Source: an uncultured Opitutia bacterium
Lineage (GTDB): Bacteria > Verrucomicrobiota > Verrucomicrobiia > Opitutales > Seribacteraceae
Length of the DNA: 64,000 nt
Assembly: GCA_963934295.1 (NCBI GenBank)
Contig: CAWVXY010000004.1
Span: 56,049-120,048 of the forward strand
Direction of reading: 5' to 3'
Shown: in pieces, positions 1 through 9,936 of the stretch
How the letters are laid out: the number at the start of each line of letters is the position of its first letter
How positions within the stretch are numbered: the first letter of the stretch is position 1
Translations under genes and position numbers: made by a program
The notes under the pieces: model-generated
The model's input: the letters and a program-made list of their open reading frames with translations, nothing else
Database searches by the model: none
Told to the model about the DNA's origin: nothing

Positions 1-1453
1 CAATGCAGATGCCTTTAACGAAACCTGCGCCGCTGTGGGAAATGTACTCTTCAACTTCAGAATGTTTTTAGTTCATCAGGACGCAAAATACCTCGATGTT
101 GCTGAAGTATCCCTGCTCAATAATGTGCTCGCTGCAGTCAATCTGGAAGGAAATCGCTTCTTCTATGTCAACCCACTCGAAGCAGACGGAAAATATCCAT
201 TCAATCATGGAACCGCCGGCCGGGCTCCATGGTTTGGAACTGCATGTTGTCCGAGTAACATGGCCCGTCTTTTACCTCAGGTACAAGGGATGACCTATGC
301 CCACAATGAAGAAAATCTTTATTTGGCGATGTATGCAGACACTTCCACAAGTTTAAAAATCGCCGGGACAGATTTAGCTATCAATCAAACAACGGACTAC
401 CCAAACGATGGGAAAATTAAGATTTCTCTTAATCCAAAAAAACCATCTAGCTTTAAGGTTCATCTTCGAATTCCCACCTGGGCAGGTAATCAGTTTGTAC
501 CTGGGAAACTTTATAAATATCTAAATCAAAAGAAAGAAATTTGGAGCCTCACAGTCAACGGATCCAAGACCCAGGCCACAGTCGAAAAGGGATTTGCGAT
601 TATCGAACGGAAATGGAAAAAAGGAGATCAAATAATCCTTGATCTCCCCATGCCTTTACGAATTAATCAATGTGACAAACGGGTGGAGGAAAACCATAAC
701 CGCCTTGCATTCACACGGGGGCCTTTCGTTTTATGTGCTGAAGAAATTGATAATGGTGGTGCGACCCAGCGCTTTTTTCTTAATCAAGAAAAAGTGGAAA
801 CGAAATATAATTTAACCAAAGTAAAACTTACCAGCGGATCTTTTTCGCAAATCAAAACAATGGCTAATGCCGTTAATGAATCGGGAGGAGAGGAAGATAA
901 AAGCCTATCCTTAATTCCCTATTATGCATGGAATAACCGTAAACCTGGATCCATGACCATTTGGTTCCCCACGACTCCAAAACTTGCCGTTTTTGATCCT
1001 CACAGACTTCCTAAGAAAAGTGTATTTTCTAATATCAAAGCTTCCCACACCTCCGACTTGGATACCGTAAGTGCAGTCGGAGATGGCAAGGAACCAAAGT
1101 GGTCGAGTGGAAAAAACGTGCCACGCTGGACCAGTCGGCCACAGCTTGGAAAGAGTCAGTGGGTCGAAGGACACTTCCCAGAATCGAAAAAGGTTCGCGA
1201 TATCGGAGTCTATTGGATGCAGGATCAACAGGATGTAAAATTTCCCAAAGAATGGTCGCTTGAGATCAGACATGACGGGAAATGGAAACCTTTTGAATTA
1301 TATGTCACAGATCGCTATGACAATCGTGCCAACCAATATAATGTCATTCACCCAGCTGCACCACTGACTTGTGATGCCATTCGGATTAACATGGTGCCTC
1401 AACCGGATGCCGCCGTGGGAATCCTCGAGGTGCAGGTCGCATTTGAAAAATAG
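1..1453 (+). CDS. Glycoside hydrolase family 127-like (beta-L-arabinofuranosidase / DUF1680), C-terminal part. The 5' end lies outside the window. Carries a C-terminal discoidin (F5/8 type C)-like module.
   Basis: Frame 2 is open from nt 2 (NADAFNETCAAVGN...), so the GTG at 35 is not the real start. E-T-C at 20-28 and A-C-C-P-S-N (Cys-Cys codons at 245-250) match the Zn-binding Glu/Cys and Cys-Cys motifs described for GH127 HypBA1-type enzymes. The last ~130 aa end in ...GILEVQV, typical of discoidin-type carbohydrate-binding domains. Confidence 0.75.
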   Translation, partial: NADAFNETCAAVGNVLFNFRMFLVHQDAKYLDVAEVSLLNNVLAAVNLEGNRFFYVNPLEADGKYPFNHGTAGRAPWFGTACCPSNMARLLPQVQGMTYAHNEENLYLAMYADTSTSLKIAGTDLAINQTTDYPNDGKIKISLNPKKPSSFKVHLRIPTWAGNQFVPGKLYKYLNQKKEIWSLTVNGSKTQATVEKGFAIIERKWKKGDQIILDLPMPLRINQCDKRVEENHNRLAFTRGPFVLCAEEIDNGGATQRFFLNQEKVETKYNLTKVKLTSGSFSQIKTMANAVNESGGEEDKSLSLIPYYAWNNRKPGSMTIWFPTTPKLAVFDPHRLPKKSVFSNIKASHTSDLDTVSAVGDGKEPKWSSGKNVPRWTSRPQLGKSQWVEGHFPESKKVRDIGVYWMQDQQDVKFPKEWSLEIRHDGKWKPFELYVTDRYDNRANQYNVIHPAAPLTCDAIRINMVPQPDAAVGILEVQVAFEK

Positions 1454-1473
1454 GTTTATTTTTACTTTTAGGT

Positions 1474-3807
1474 ATGATCTTTAGGTCACTCCAAGCCCGG
1501 CGCTTTTTTTTCTGTTTGGCTCTGCTTTCAGTATGCTCAAATGTATTCGCAAAAGAAAGTTCTCTCTGCGAAAAACTTGAGCAGTCTATTCAGGGAAGAA
1601 AGCACGGATTCTTAGCCGGTAACCTTGCCTATTACGTGGGAGGGTTTCATGCAAGTTGGGAATTAATAGAAGATGAAACCATTGGTCTTACCCATCCCTT
1701 TTACCATGATCTCCGAAGTCGTGGAGCCGGGTTGCTCAATAGTCAACTGTCTGGAAGTGAACATACAGGCGTTGGAAATGACTACCGGGGATGGGAATTC
1801 TACAAAGACACCCGTGTTCTGTACGGCAGTGTCATTATTAGGGACAAGGTATATAAACACCCCGCCCCCACTCGAATGAGTTGGCGACCGGATAAAATGA
1901 TTTGTGAGTATGAAATAAATGGAGTCACCATTCGCGAGGAAAAGTTTATCAGTGCAAAAGACGCTGCTGCCTCAATCATCACATCCTCTGAACCAATTAC
2001 CCTCAAATTTGAAGGGCACAGTTTTTATGTTCGTCACAGCGTTTCTTCGAATGCCTCTGCTCGATACGACTCATCTACAAATTCGATTCTCATTCGCGAA
2101 GGGGGAACTGTTCGCTCCCTTCCCGACCCCGACCGACCTGAAAGAATTGGTCCTTGTGTTTATCAGGGGATGACCACTGCCCTCTCCTCCTCCAAAGACT
2201 TTTCTAAAACCCTGAAACTCGATCAGGATGACCGGGGCGTATGGAAATATTCTTTTGAAATTCCGTGCGACTCACAGGGAACTACTGTGTCTTGGTCCAT
2301 GCACGATGATCAAAACATTGCCAAGAATACAGGCAGAGAAACCAGCCTCCTTGCACCGGCATTACTGAAAGAGAAAACTGTAGAGATGAATAATATTCTT
2401 GCTCAGGAAATCCCCCAGTTTCGCTGCAGTGATTCAAAATTTGAGGATATTTATTACTACCTTTGGTCTCTTCATATGATGTATTACATCAATGTACAAA
2501 AAGGGTGGGAAATGGAAAATCATACCCAGTCTGCGGTGAATAACTTCCTCGGTATTCACCGGTATGATGCCTGCTTTCAAATAAAGGTGGGGGCATGGGC
2601 ACGGGATAAGCCGAGGTTTGCCTACGGGAATGTGTTAACCTGGAAACACTTGGTAGAGAATGGCCGGTATCGGGAAACCAATGACGGTCATATTTTTCTC
2701 TCCGACAACAAGGGCGTTGGTTGGCACTCGGGTGCCTATGGTGGAGAATTAGCCGAACATGTCCTAGGGGCTTGGCAAATTTATCAACACACGGGCGATC
2801 GCGATTTTGTACGCAAGTGCTACCAGGGATATTTCCGCAAAGTTTTCTGGAAGAACTTGGTTGGATTTGCCATGAATGACGCAGAAGTGGGAAGAGCCCT
2901 TGAAAAAATGGCGGTAATTTCTGGAAATAATTCTGATGTCGACCATTGGAAAAAGCGAATCAACCAAGACCCAAAACACCTTCGACTTATGTTTGATCAA
3001 CGCTGGGAAGCGAATGGACATAAAGATTATTTCATGGGTGGAAGAGATGGTATGCTCATGACCACCGCTTTTTGGGCTATGCGTTCCAAGCACTTCCCCC
3101 GAGAATATGCGGAAAGATTGATTCACTCATGGGCCTTGAACAAAGAACGTGGATTCTTCGGTGAGTTCTTTCCCTTAGCGATGGCAAAAAAATCAATGAG
3201 TCTTTTCAACTCTGCGGACGATCAGTCCTTTGGCTATACCCCGGATACAGCCTACTTCACCTTAGATGGAATCTTTCGCCAGGGATTCCCCAAAATTGCT
3301 TCCGATCTGACTCTTAATCACTTGGAAAATTATAACTTTCATAAGGAATGGGGAATTCCAGTGGCCCCGGAGGCTTACCGCCGTGACCTTGCTTTGTTTG
3401 GCGACCAATATTCCAATTTTAATGCCGGTAAAATCCTTCTCTTTATTGAAGGGTTGGCTGGCTTATCCTATTCAATCCCAGATAATGTATTGCATATTAA
3501 GGATTCCATGCCCACCCCTTGGGAATGGATGGAATTCGATATTCCCATAGGTAATCAAGATGGTTGGACCCAAGTTCGATTCGAACGCAAAAAAGGTTTC
3601 CTGGGAGAGAAGAAAAAATCGATTACTGTTTCCAACTGCCCACTTCGGGTTCAATTTGAGCCTTGGCTGGATCAAAGTGAACTTTCCCGGGATCCTCAAT
3701 TGAACGGAGCCACTTTTACCGAGCAAAATGCAACCCATTCTGACTACCTGTCCTTTCTCGCCGATGAAAAGTCAGCCAAAACCTCAATTACTCTTTCTTT
3801 CAAATGA
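1474..3807 (+). CDS. Secreted hypothetical protein, possibly an (alpha/alpha)6 six-hairpin glycoside hydrolase-like enzyme
   Basis: ATG start 20 nt after the GH127 stop. N-terminal signal peptide (RRFFFCLALLSVCSNVFA). The central and C-terminal region is rich in W/Y/helix-forming segments (GAYGGELAEHVLGAWQIYQHTGDRDF...), reminiscent of six-hairpin glycosidases. I do not recognise a specific family. Its stop overlaps the next start. Confidence 0.35.
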   Translation: MIFRSLQARRFFFCLALLSVCSNVFAKESSLCEKLEQSIQGRKHGFLAGNLAYYVGGFHASWELIEDETIGLTHPFYHDLRSRGAGLLNSQLSGSEHTGVGNDYRGWEFYKDTRVLYGSVIIRDKVYKHPAPTRMSWRPDKMICEYEINGVTIREEKFISAKDAAASIITSSEPITLKFEGHSFYVRHSVSSNASARYDSSTNSILIREGGTVRSLPDPDRPERIGPCVYQGMTTALSSSKDFSKTLKLDQDDRGVWKYSFEIPCDSQGTTVSWSMHDDQNIAKNTGRETSLLAPALLKEKTVEMNNILAQEIPQFRCSDSKFEDIYYYLWSLHMMYYINVQKGWEMENHTQSAVNNFLGIHRYDACFQIKVGAWARDKPRFAYGNVLTWKHLVENGRYRETNDGHIFLSDNKGVGWHSGAYGGELAEHVLGAWQIYQHTGDRDFVRKCYQGYFRKVFWKNLVGFAMNDAEVGRALEKMAVISGNNSDVDHWKKRINQDPKHLRLMFDQRWEANGHKDYFMGGRDGMLMTTAFWAMRSKHFPREYAERLIHSWALNKERGFFGEFFPLAMAKKSMSLFNSADDQSFGYTPDTAYFTLDGIFRQGFPKIASDLTLNHLENYNFHKEWGIPVAPEAYRRDLALFGDQYSNFNAGKILLFIEGLAGLSYSIPDNVLHIKDSMPTPWEWMEFDIPIGNQDGWTQVRFERKKGFLGEKKKSITVSNCPLRVQFEPWLDQSELSRDPQLNGATFTEQNATHSDYLSFLADEKSAKTSITLSFK

Positions 3808-5873
3808 TCTTTCAAAAAATCTGTCATTTGTTCCTTTTTTTCATTACGTGTACTTTTTCCCTGCATGCGGAGAAACCAAATATTATTTTTGTATTGGCGG
3901 ATGATTTGGGCTGGGCTGAATTGGGTTGCTATGGAAACACTTTTAATGAAACCCCCAACCTGGATAAGCTAGCCAAGCAAGGAGTCCGCTTCACCCATGC
4001 CTATGCTGCGGCTCCTGTTTGCTCTCCTTACCGAGCCGCCCTGCTAACCGGTCAACACCCAGCCCGGGTGGGTATACTGGACTACCTCCGCCCAAATTCA
4101 TCCAATGCCCTTCCGGTAAGCCAGCTAACCCTTCCCAAAATCCTAAAACGTAATGGATATAAGACAGGTATGGTGGGTAAGTGGCACCTGACTGGATATA
4201 AATACCAGGATGCACAATTTGAGGTGCGACCCAAGGACCATGGTTTCGATTGGAATATTGGAAGTGAAATTAAGGGTGTGGGGAATGGGGCCAATTTTTG
4301 GCCTTATGTATTTCGTACCCAACCCATCTCATGGATAGATCTTCCAAATAATCGAATGGGAAAAGAAGAATACTTAACCGACCGCTTGAACCTGGAAGCA
4401 GTTGATTTCATCGAGCGAAACAAAGAAAAGCCCTTCTTTCTCTACCTCAGCCACTATGCACCTCATACGATTCTAAATGGTCGGCCCGACCTCGTAAAAA
4501 AATATCGGGAAAAACACACGCCTGGAAAAACAGACAGGACAAACTGTTACCTGTGCAAAGATGCGGGCTTCTCGGGAGAAGACTGTGAACATTGGGCACA
4601 GGATCATAACCCACACCTGGCTGCGATGCTTGAAAGCATTGACCACGGGGTTGGACTCCTGATGAAAAAACTCGATTCTCTTGGCATTGCAGAAAACACC
4701 ATTTTCATTTTTTCCAGTGACAATGGAGGAGAAACTAATGTCACATCCAATGCCCCTCTTCGTGGCGGCAAAAGCCAGCTATATGAGGGTGGTATTCGGG
4801 TTCCGCTAATCGTTCGCTGGCCCGATGGAAATATCCCGCGAACCAAAACCTGTGCCCAGCCGGTGGTTAATCATGACTTTTACCCCACCCTCCTTGATGC
4901 AGCAGACATCAAACCCGATCCCAAGCAAAAACTGGATGGAGTATCCACTCTGGCCACTTGGCGAAATCCATCTTCCGCTGTCTCGCGTAAATCCCTGCAT
5001 TGGCACTACCCATTGGATCGGCCTCACTTTCTTGGCGGAATCTCAAGTGGTGCCATCCGCCATGGGGATTGGAAACTAATTGAATACTTTGATCCTAAAA
5101 AGTTTGAACTTTTTAATCTGAAAAATGATCCGTCGGAAAAAACAAATCTTGCAGAATCCAAATCGGAAGTTGTTCAAAAACTATACCGTGACCTTAAGGT
5201 TTGGCGTGAAAAAATTGGTGCACAGATCCCGTCCCGACCTTTGCTTACTCAGACACGAAATCTTCTTTTCGGTGAACATTTCTCTGAAGATCAGGTCAGT
5301 AAGAATTGGTTTTTTCAAAAAGAATGGCAGGTGGAAGGTGGAGTTCTATTACGCAACCAAAAGGGAGGTACAAATAAACGGATTTTTTACAAAGATCCAA
5401 ATTTCCAGGATGCTTTGATACGATTTGATTTTCAATTTAATGGAGCCACAGATATTCGCTTAATCACGGGTTCAAATGATAGTTACAAGACCGTACTCCA
5501 CATTCAAAAAGACATTTTTTTTATTCAAACCGAACAGGACAAAAGAGGGACATGGTTTCCAACGAGACATGGCGAATGTGCTCACGATTTCAAAGAAGGC
5601 AAATGGTATACGATGACCATCGAATTTATCGATGATCATCTAGTTGCTCATCTCGACCACAAACACATGGTTTATGCAAAACACCCGATGATTAAAAAGC
5701 AACGGACTGATCTTGCTTTTCAGGTAGATCAGGCGGGAGCTTCCTTTGATAACCTGCAGGTTTTTCAAGTTGGGCCGCATCCTGAACAAAATAATAATCT
5801 TGATCTAATTCAAGAGAATGAGGTTCGTAATCGTAATCTGTTAAAACATAGAAAGACCCTCGACGAGCAGTAA
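3804..5873 (+). CDS. Cys-type sulfatase (arylsulfatase A family) fused to a C-terminal DUF1080/LamG-like beta-jelly-roll domain
   Basis: Signal peptide. NIIFVLADDLGW...APVCSPYRAALLTGQHP carries the C-x-P-x-R formylglycine motif at 4020-4034. GKWHLTG and SSDNGG are conserved sulfatase blocks. The last ~190 aa (FQKEWQVEGGVLL...ASFDNLQVF) resemble DUF1080-type modules. The ATG overlaps the upstream stop (ATGA at 3804-3807). Confidence 0.85.
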   Translation: MIFQKICHLFLFFITCTFSLHAEKPNIIFVLADDLGWAELGCYGNTFNETPNLDKLAKQGVRFTHAYAAAPVCSPYRAALLTGQHPARVGILDYLRPNSSNALPVSQLTLPKILKRNGYKTGMVGKWHLTGYKYQDAQFEVRPKDHGFDWNIGSEIKGVGNGANFWPYVFRTQPISWIDLPNNRMGKEEYLTDRLNLEAVDFIERNKEKPFFLYLSHYAPHTILNGRPDLVKKYREKHTPGKTDRTNCYLCKDAGFSGEDCEHWAQDHNPHLAAMLESIDHGVGLLMKKLDSLGIAENTIFIFSSDNGGETNVTSNAPLRGGKSQLYEGGIRVPLIVRWPDGNIPRTKTCAQPVVNHDFYPTLLDAADIKPDPKQKLDGVSTLATWRNPSSAVSRKSLHWHYPLDRPHFLGGISSGAIRHGDWKLIEYFDPKKFELFNLKNDPSEKTNLAESKSEVVQKLYRDLKVWREKIGAQIPSRPLLTQTRNLLFGEHFSEDQVSKNWFFQKEWQVEGGVLLRNQKGGTNKRIFYKDPNFQDALIRFDFQFNGATDIRLITGSNDSYKTVLHIQKDIFFIQTEQDKRGTWFPTRHGECAHDFKEGKWYTMTIEFIDDHLVAHLDHKHMVYAKHPMIKKQRTDLAFQVDQAGASFDNLQVFQVGPHPEQNNNLDLIQENEVRNRNLLKHRKTLDEQ

Positions 5874-5876
5874 AGT

Positions 5877-8564
5877 ATGAAAGTATATGTTCACAGAGAT
5901 GATAAAAATTTCGGTCCCTACTCCGTTGCTCAGCTGAGGGAATACCTCAAGGCGAAAAACTTTACTGAGGATGATCTGGCCTGTTATGATGGAGCCAATT
6001 GGGTCAAGTTATCTTTGGTTCCCGGTATATCTGAAAACCCCCTACCCGCCCGAGAAGAACCCGAGCAGAAGGATAAGAATCCGGAGCACACCCCATCCGT
6101 AAAGGTGCGGGCAACGCTTGAACAACAGACCGCCAAACCGGTTCCCAAAACCTGTAGAAAAATTTATGTTCTCAGCGGGGTGGCTTTAGTTTCAATTTCT
6201 TTGATCGGAGGTATTATCTACTTTTTTACAGGTGAAAAGACTGATTTAAGCACACAAACCACCGATTCAAATAATGCAATTGAAGCTATTTCGTTGAGTG
6301 AAAAAAAACCTTCCGGAACCACCTCATTTGATCCGCGCCCGGCCGCTGAAAAAATCGACGAACTCCTGAATGCTCACTTAAAAAGTGAGAACCTGAACCC
6401 CAATCCTCTTATCAGTGACGGTCTATTCCTCCGACGAATTTACCTCTCGATCATCGGCCGTATACCCACGATTTTAGAAGCAAATAATTTCCTCAATTCC
6501 AACTCCAAAAACAAACATTCAGAACTGATTCAAAAATTACTTTCAAATGATCCGGGCTACACGGCTCATCACTATCAATTTTGGGCGGATCTGCTGCGGA
6601 TTCCCACGAATGTTGATTATACTCTTTATTATCGGGAATGGATCAAAAGCCAGATAAGAAACAACACTCCTTACGATGACCTCGTACACCAACTGGTAAG
6701 CGGGCATGGACTGATTTTTGACAACCCTGCCGCCGCCTACTATCTGAGGGATGCAGGTATGGCCCTCGACAATATGTCCAATTCAGTCCGTATCTTCCTG
6801 GGTACCCGTTTGGAATGTGCTCAGTGCCACGACCACCCATTCGACAAATGGACCCAAATGGATTATTTCAAAATGGCTGCTTATACCTATGATTTTGATG
6901 TTCGTATGGGGGTGGCCAAAAATTCAAACCGTCAGCGGGTCTATCAGGATTTTGGAAAAAGAAAGAATGCCGCTTATAAGAAAGAGGCAGGTTTTGAAGA
7001 CTTTCCCCATATTCATGATGAATCAAAAATCGACGACTGGCTTGGTCAGCCGTATGCACCGGGTTACCTAGAACGAAATAACCTCACCAAGGAACAATTC
7101 AAAGAAGCCGCAGTTCGGGCCATTGCGGCTCGAAAAAAAGTCGAAGATTTTGACAATCCGGTTTCTCAGTCTGTCAACATGCTTTACGGGCATATTTCTA
7201 ATGTTCAGGTAAAGCACCATGACGACAAACCCCTCAAACTCCCTCACGATTACCAGTATGACAACGGTGCGCCCGAGGAGATTGTTAAACCCGGCACCAT
7301 GTTTGGACCGGAAATCCCTCATCTTGAAGATCAGACGGAACGAAAAAATGCCTATGCAAACTGGTTAACCTCTCCCGAAAATCCTCGCTTCACCCGAGTG
7401 ATTGTTAATCGACTATGGAAACGAGCGTTTGGTCACGGAATCTTTGAACCTGTGGACAACTTGACGGATCGAACCGAAATCAACCAACCAGCATTACTCC
7501 ATTTTCTTGAAAATTTAATGCAGGAACTTGATTACGACATCCGTGCTTTTCAAAATGTTCTCTTTCACACTGAACTTTTCCGCAGGGAAATGCACCTGGA
7601 AGATCATTCCCCGGGAATGAAATTTCATTTTGCCGGCCCGCTGTTAAAGCGAATGAGTGCCGAACAAATCTGGGATTCCATTACCACGCTCATTCTCCCT
7701 AATGTGGACACTTATGCCCCAAATAAGAAACGGACCCAGGAACGGATTGCCCGAACGAAAGCAATTTACCAGAGCCTTGAAGGCAGACCTATTGAAGAAG
7801 TCTTGCCCAGAATAAGGGAAGCCGGTGCACAACGACGTGAAATGCGGGCCGAACAGGTTGAATATGAGAAAAAAATCTCTTCCGCATATGCTCAATCCAA
7901 TAATGAACTTGCCAGAAAATTGACGGATGAACTCAAAGTAAAAGTCCGTGCTATGGAAACAAAGAATCGCGAACTGGTCCTGGTTGACCTCAAGGACAAC
8001 CAAGCAAACCCTGCGATGATGATTGGGAGCTCCATGATGGGGAGTTCAATGGACACAACTACAATGGAAACCAATGATCGAATATCTCAGGCACGACCCC
8101 GAAAAGCGCCGGGTAATCTGGATCCAAACGAACGCAGGCGGTGGGAGGACAGGGAGCGACTATCCCTGCGTCATTTTCGGGATGTGGTCCGACAAATGGC
8201 ACGGGCGGTGGAATTGGAATCACCTGCCAAGCGTGGACATTTTTTACGGGACTTTGGCCAGTCAGACCGAGAAGTAATCGACAACTCTTCATCCCATGCA
8301 TCCGTCCCACAGGCTTTATACTTGCTCAACAGCCCCCTGAATGTTGCCATTCAAAACTCAAACGCATTTCTTGGTGGGTTACTCGCTGCACTGCAAAAAC
8401 CAGAGGATAAGATTGATCTCATTTACCGATCCATGCTTACAAGAAAACCCACGCAAATAGAAATGGAAAGAATTCTTGTCAGTTATCAAACCCACGGGGA
8501 AGAAACCATCGAAGACCTTGTCTGGGCTCTCCTGAATTCACGCCAATTTATATTTATCCAATGA
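5877..8564 (+). CDS. GYF_2 domain - single TM helix - DUF1549/DUF1553 (PSD1-type) protein
   Basis: N-terminus KVYVHRDDKNFGPYSVAQLREYLKAKNFTEDDLACYDGANWVKL looks like a GYF_2/DUF4339 domain. Hydrophobic helix IYVLSGVALVSISLIGGIIYFF (about 6162-6227). RLECAQCHDHPFDKW (DUF1549 signature) and NPRFTRVIVNRLWKRAFGHGI (DUF1553 signature). The start lies 3 nt after the sulfatase stop. Confidence 0.8.
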   Translation: MKVYVHRDDKNFGPYSVAQLREYLKAKNFTEDDLACYDGANWVKLSLVPGISENPLPAREEPEQKDKNPEHTPSVKVRATLEQQTAKPVPKTCRKIYVLSGVALVSISLIGGIIYFFTGEKTDLSTQTTDSNNAIEAISLSEKKPSGTTSFDPRPAAEKIDELLNAHLKSENLNPNPLISDGLFLRRIYLSIIGRIPTILEANNFLNSNSKNKHSELIQKLLSNDPGYTAHHYQFWADLLRIPTNVDYTLYYREWIKSQIRNNTPYDDLVHQLVSGHGLIFDNPAAAYYLRDAGMALDNMSNSVRIFLGTRLECAQCHDHPFDKWTQMDYFKMAAYTYDFDVRMGVAKNSNRQRVYQDFGKRKNAAYKKEAGFEDFPHIHDESKIDDWLGQPYAPGYLERNNLTKEQFKEAAVRAIAARKKVEDFDNPVSQSVNMLYGHISNVQVKHHDDKPLKLPHDYQYDNGAPEEIVKPGTMFGPEIPHLEDQTERKNAYANWLTSPENPRFTRVIVNRLWKRAFGHGIFEPVDNLTDRTEINQPALLHFLENLMQELDYDIRAFQNVLFHTELFRREMHLEDHSPGMKFHFAGPLLKRMSAEQIWDSITTLILPNVDTYAPNKKRTQERIARTKAIYQSLEGRPIEEVLPRIREAGAQRREMRAEQVEYEKKISSAYAQSNNELARKLTDELKVKVRAMETKNRELVLVDLKDNQANPAMMIGSSMMGSSMDTTTMETNDRISQARPRKAPGNLDPNERRRWEDRERLSLRHFRDVVRQMARAVELESPAKRGHFLRDFGQSDREVIDNSSSHASVPQALYLLNSPLNVAIQNSNAFLGGLLAALQKPEDKIDLIYRSMLTRKPTQIEMERILVSYQTHGEETIEDLVWALLNSRQFIFIQ

Positions 8565-9829
8565 TTAAGACAGATTATAACCGCCGCCGTTTTCTCGAAC
8601 TCGCTGCCGGAAGCTTTCTTGGGGTTTCCGCGAGCAATAGCTTTGGAGCCGCCGGGAAGGAAAGTGCCATTCCACAGCTCGCTGATCCTGCGAAGCAGCT
8701 CATTTATCTTTATATGGAAGGAGGCATGAGCCATCTTGACACCTTCGACCTCAAAACAGGTCATGAAAATCAGGGGTCAACCCAGCCGATCAATACCAAT
8801 GTGGATGGCATCCGTGTCTCGAGTCATCTCCCCAACTTGGCCAGGCACGCCGACAAACTCTGCATCGTGAACTCACTCACTTCCACCGCGGGAGATCATG
8901 AAAAAGGAAATTATTTCATGCACACCAGCTACCAACAACGGGCAACTATTCGACACCCCGGTATTGGCTCCTGGTATCATAAACTTAAGGGCAAACTCAA
9001 CCCTACCCTACCCGCATCGGTCTTTGTCGGGCGCGAAAGTCGTTTTCATGGAAGCGGGGGATTTTTTGAACCCGAATTCGAGCCGCTCGCCATCAATGAA
9101 CCCCAGTCCGGGCTCAAATACGCACGGTCCTTGGTTGAGAAAAATCGCTTTGAGAGACGAATAAACCTCGCCAATGATATTGATGCAGAATTCCTCAAAC
9201 GATATCATTCCAAACCAATTCGAGCTTACGGTCATATGTATGCGGATGCGGTCCGGTTAATGGACAGCCCGGACCTAGCCGCCTTTGATATTCATCGGGA
9301 GGATGAAAAAACGAAATCCCGTTATGGCAGCGAGCCCTTCGGTCAGGGCTGCCTGCTTGCCCGTCGCTTAATCGAACGAAATGTTCGCTCGGTTGAAGTC
9401 AGTTTCGGGGGCTGGGATACCCACCAAAACAACTTTACCTCCCTACCAGAGCTCTGCCACACTATGGATCAGGCTGTAGCCGCCCTGCTTGAGGACTTAG
9501 AGCGAGTTGGTAAGCTTAACGACACTGTTGTAGTTTTAACCACCGAATTTGGTCGCACTCCGCAGATTAACCAAAATGTGGGAAGAGACCATTATCCGCA
9601 GGCATTCACCAGCGTTCTCGCAGGAGGAGGATTTAAGGGCGGATATGTTCATGGTAAGACTTCCGAAGGGGGCGAAGAAGTGATCGAAAACTCCATGACC
9701 ATTCCTGATTTTAACGCAACAATTGCGCACGCCTTGGGGATTCCTGTCGATCATGTGCTCTATAGCCCCACCGTCCGACCCTTCACGGTTGCACACAAAG
9801 GCAAGCCCCAACTCGACCTCCTGTCCTAA
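8561..9829 (+). CDS. DUF1501 domain protein (sulfatase/alkaline-phosphatase superfamily-like), TAT-exported
   Basis: Twin-arginine leader MIKTDYNRRRFLELAAGSFLG. LYMEGGMSHLDTFD and GGWDTHQNNF...TEFGRTP are blocks typical of DUF1501 proteins. The ATGA overlap with the DUF1553 gene (8561-8564) reproduces the canonical DUF1553/DUF1501 gene pair. Confidence 0.8.
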   Translation: MIKTDYNRRRFLELAAGSFLGVSASNSFGAAGKESAIPQLADPAKQLIYLYMEGGMSHLDTFDLKTGHENQGSTQPINTNVDGIRVSSHLPNLARHADKLCIVNSLTSTAGDHEKGNYFMHTSYQQRATIRHPGIGSWYHKLKGKLNPTLPASVFVGRESRFHGSGGFFEPEFEPLAINEPQSGLKYARSLVEKNRFERRINLANDIDAEFLKRYHSKPIRAYGHMYADAVRLMDSPDLAAFDIHREDEKTKSRYGSEPFGQGCLLARRLIERNVRSVEVSFGGWDTHQNNFTSLPELCHTMDQAVAALLEDLERVGKLNDTVVVLTTEFGRTPQINQNVGRDHYPQAFTSVLAGGGFKGGYVHGKTSEGGEEVIENSMTIPDFNATIAHALGIPVDHVLYSPTVRPFTVAHKGKPQLDLLS

Positions 9830-9936
9830 TATAGAAATATTGTTTCACCCCTCAGTTTTTTCGACTTCGAGCTTCATTGGCTTTACCCAGTTGCAGTTGC
9901 CAGCGATGAATAAAGTAGGTAGGAAATAGCTTTCAA

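Noticed and set aside
6816-6830. The CAQCH motif in the DUF1549 region read as a c-type heme attachment site
   Set aside because: The C-x-x-C-H-x-H block is a family-wide signature of DUF1549, and I am not aware of evidence that it binds heme covalently. Without the surrounding cytochrome-c fold elements I do not call it a cytochrome. Heme staining would settle it.
8016-8051. Near-tandem 15-18-nt repeat encoding MMIGSS/MMGSS
   Set aside because: There are only two imperfect units inside a coding region. I treat it as a low-complexity coding feature, noted under the GYF-DUF1553 finding, not as a repeat element.
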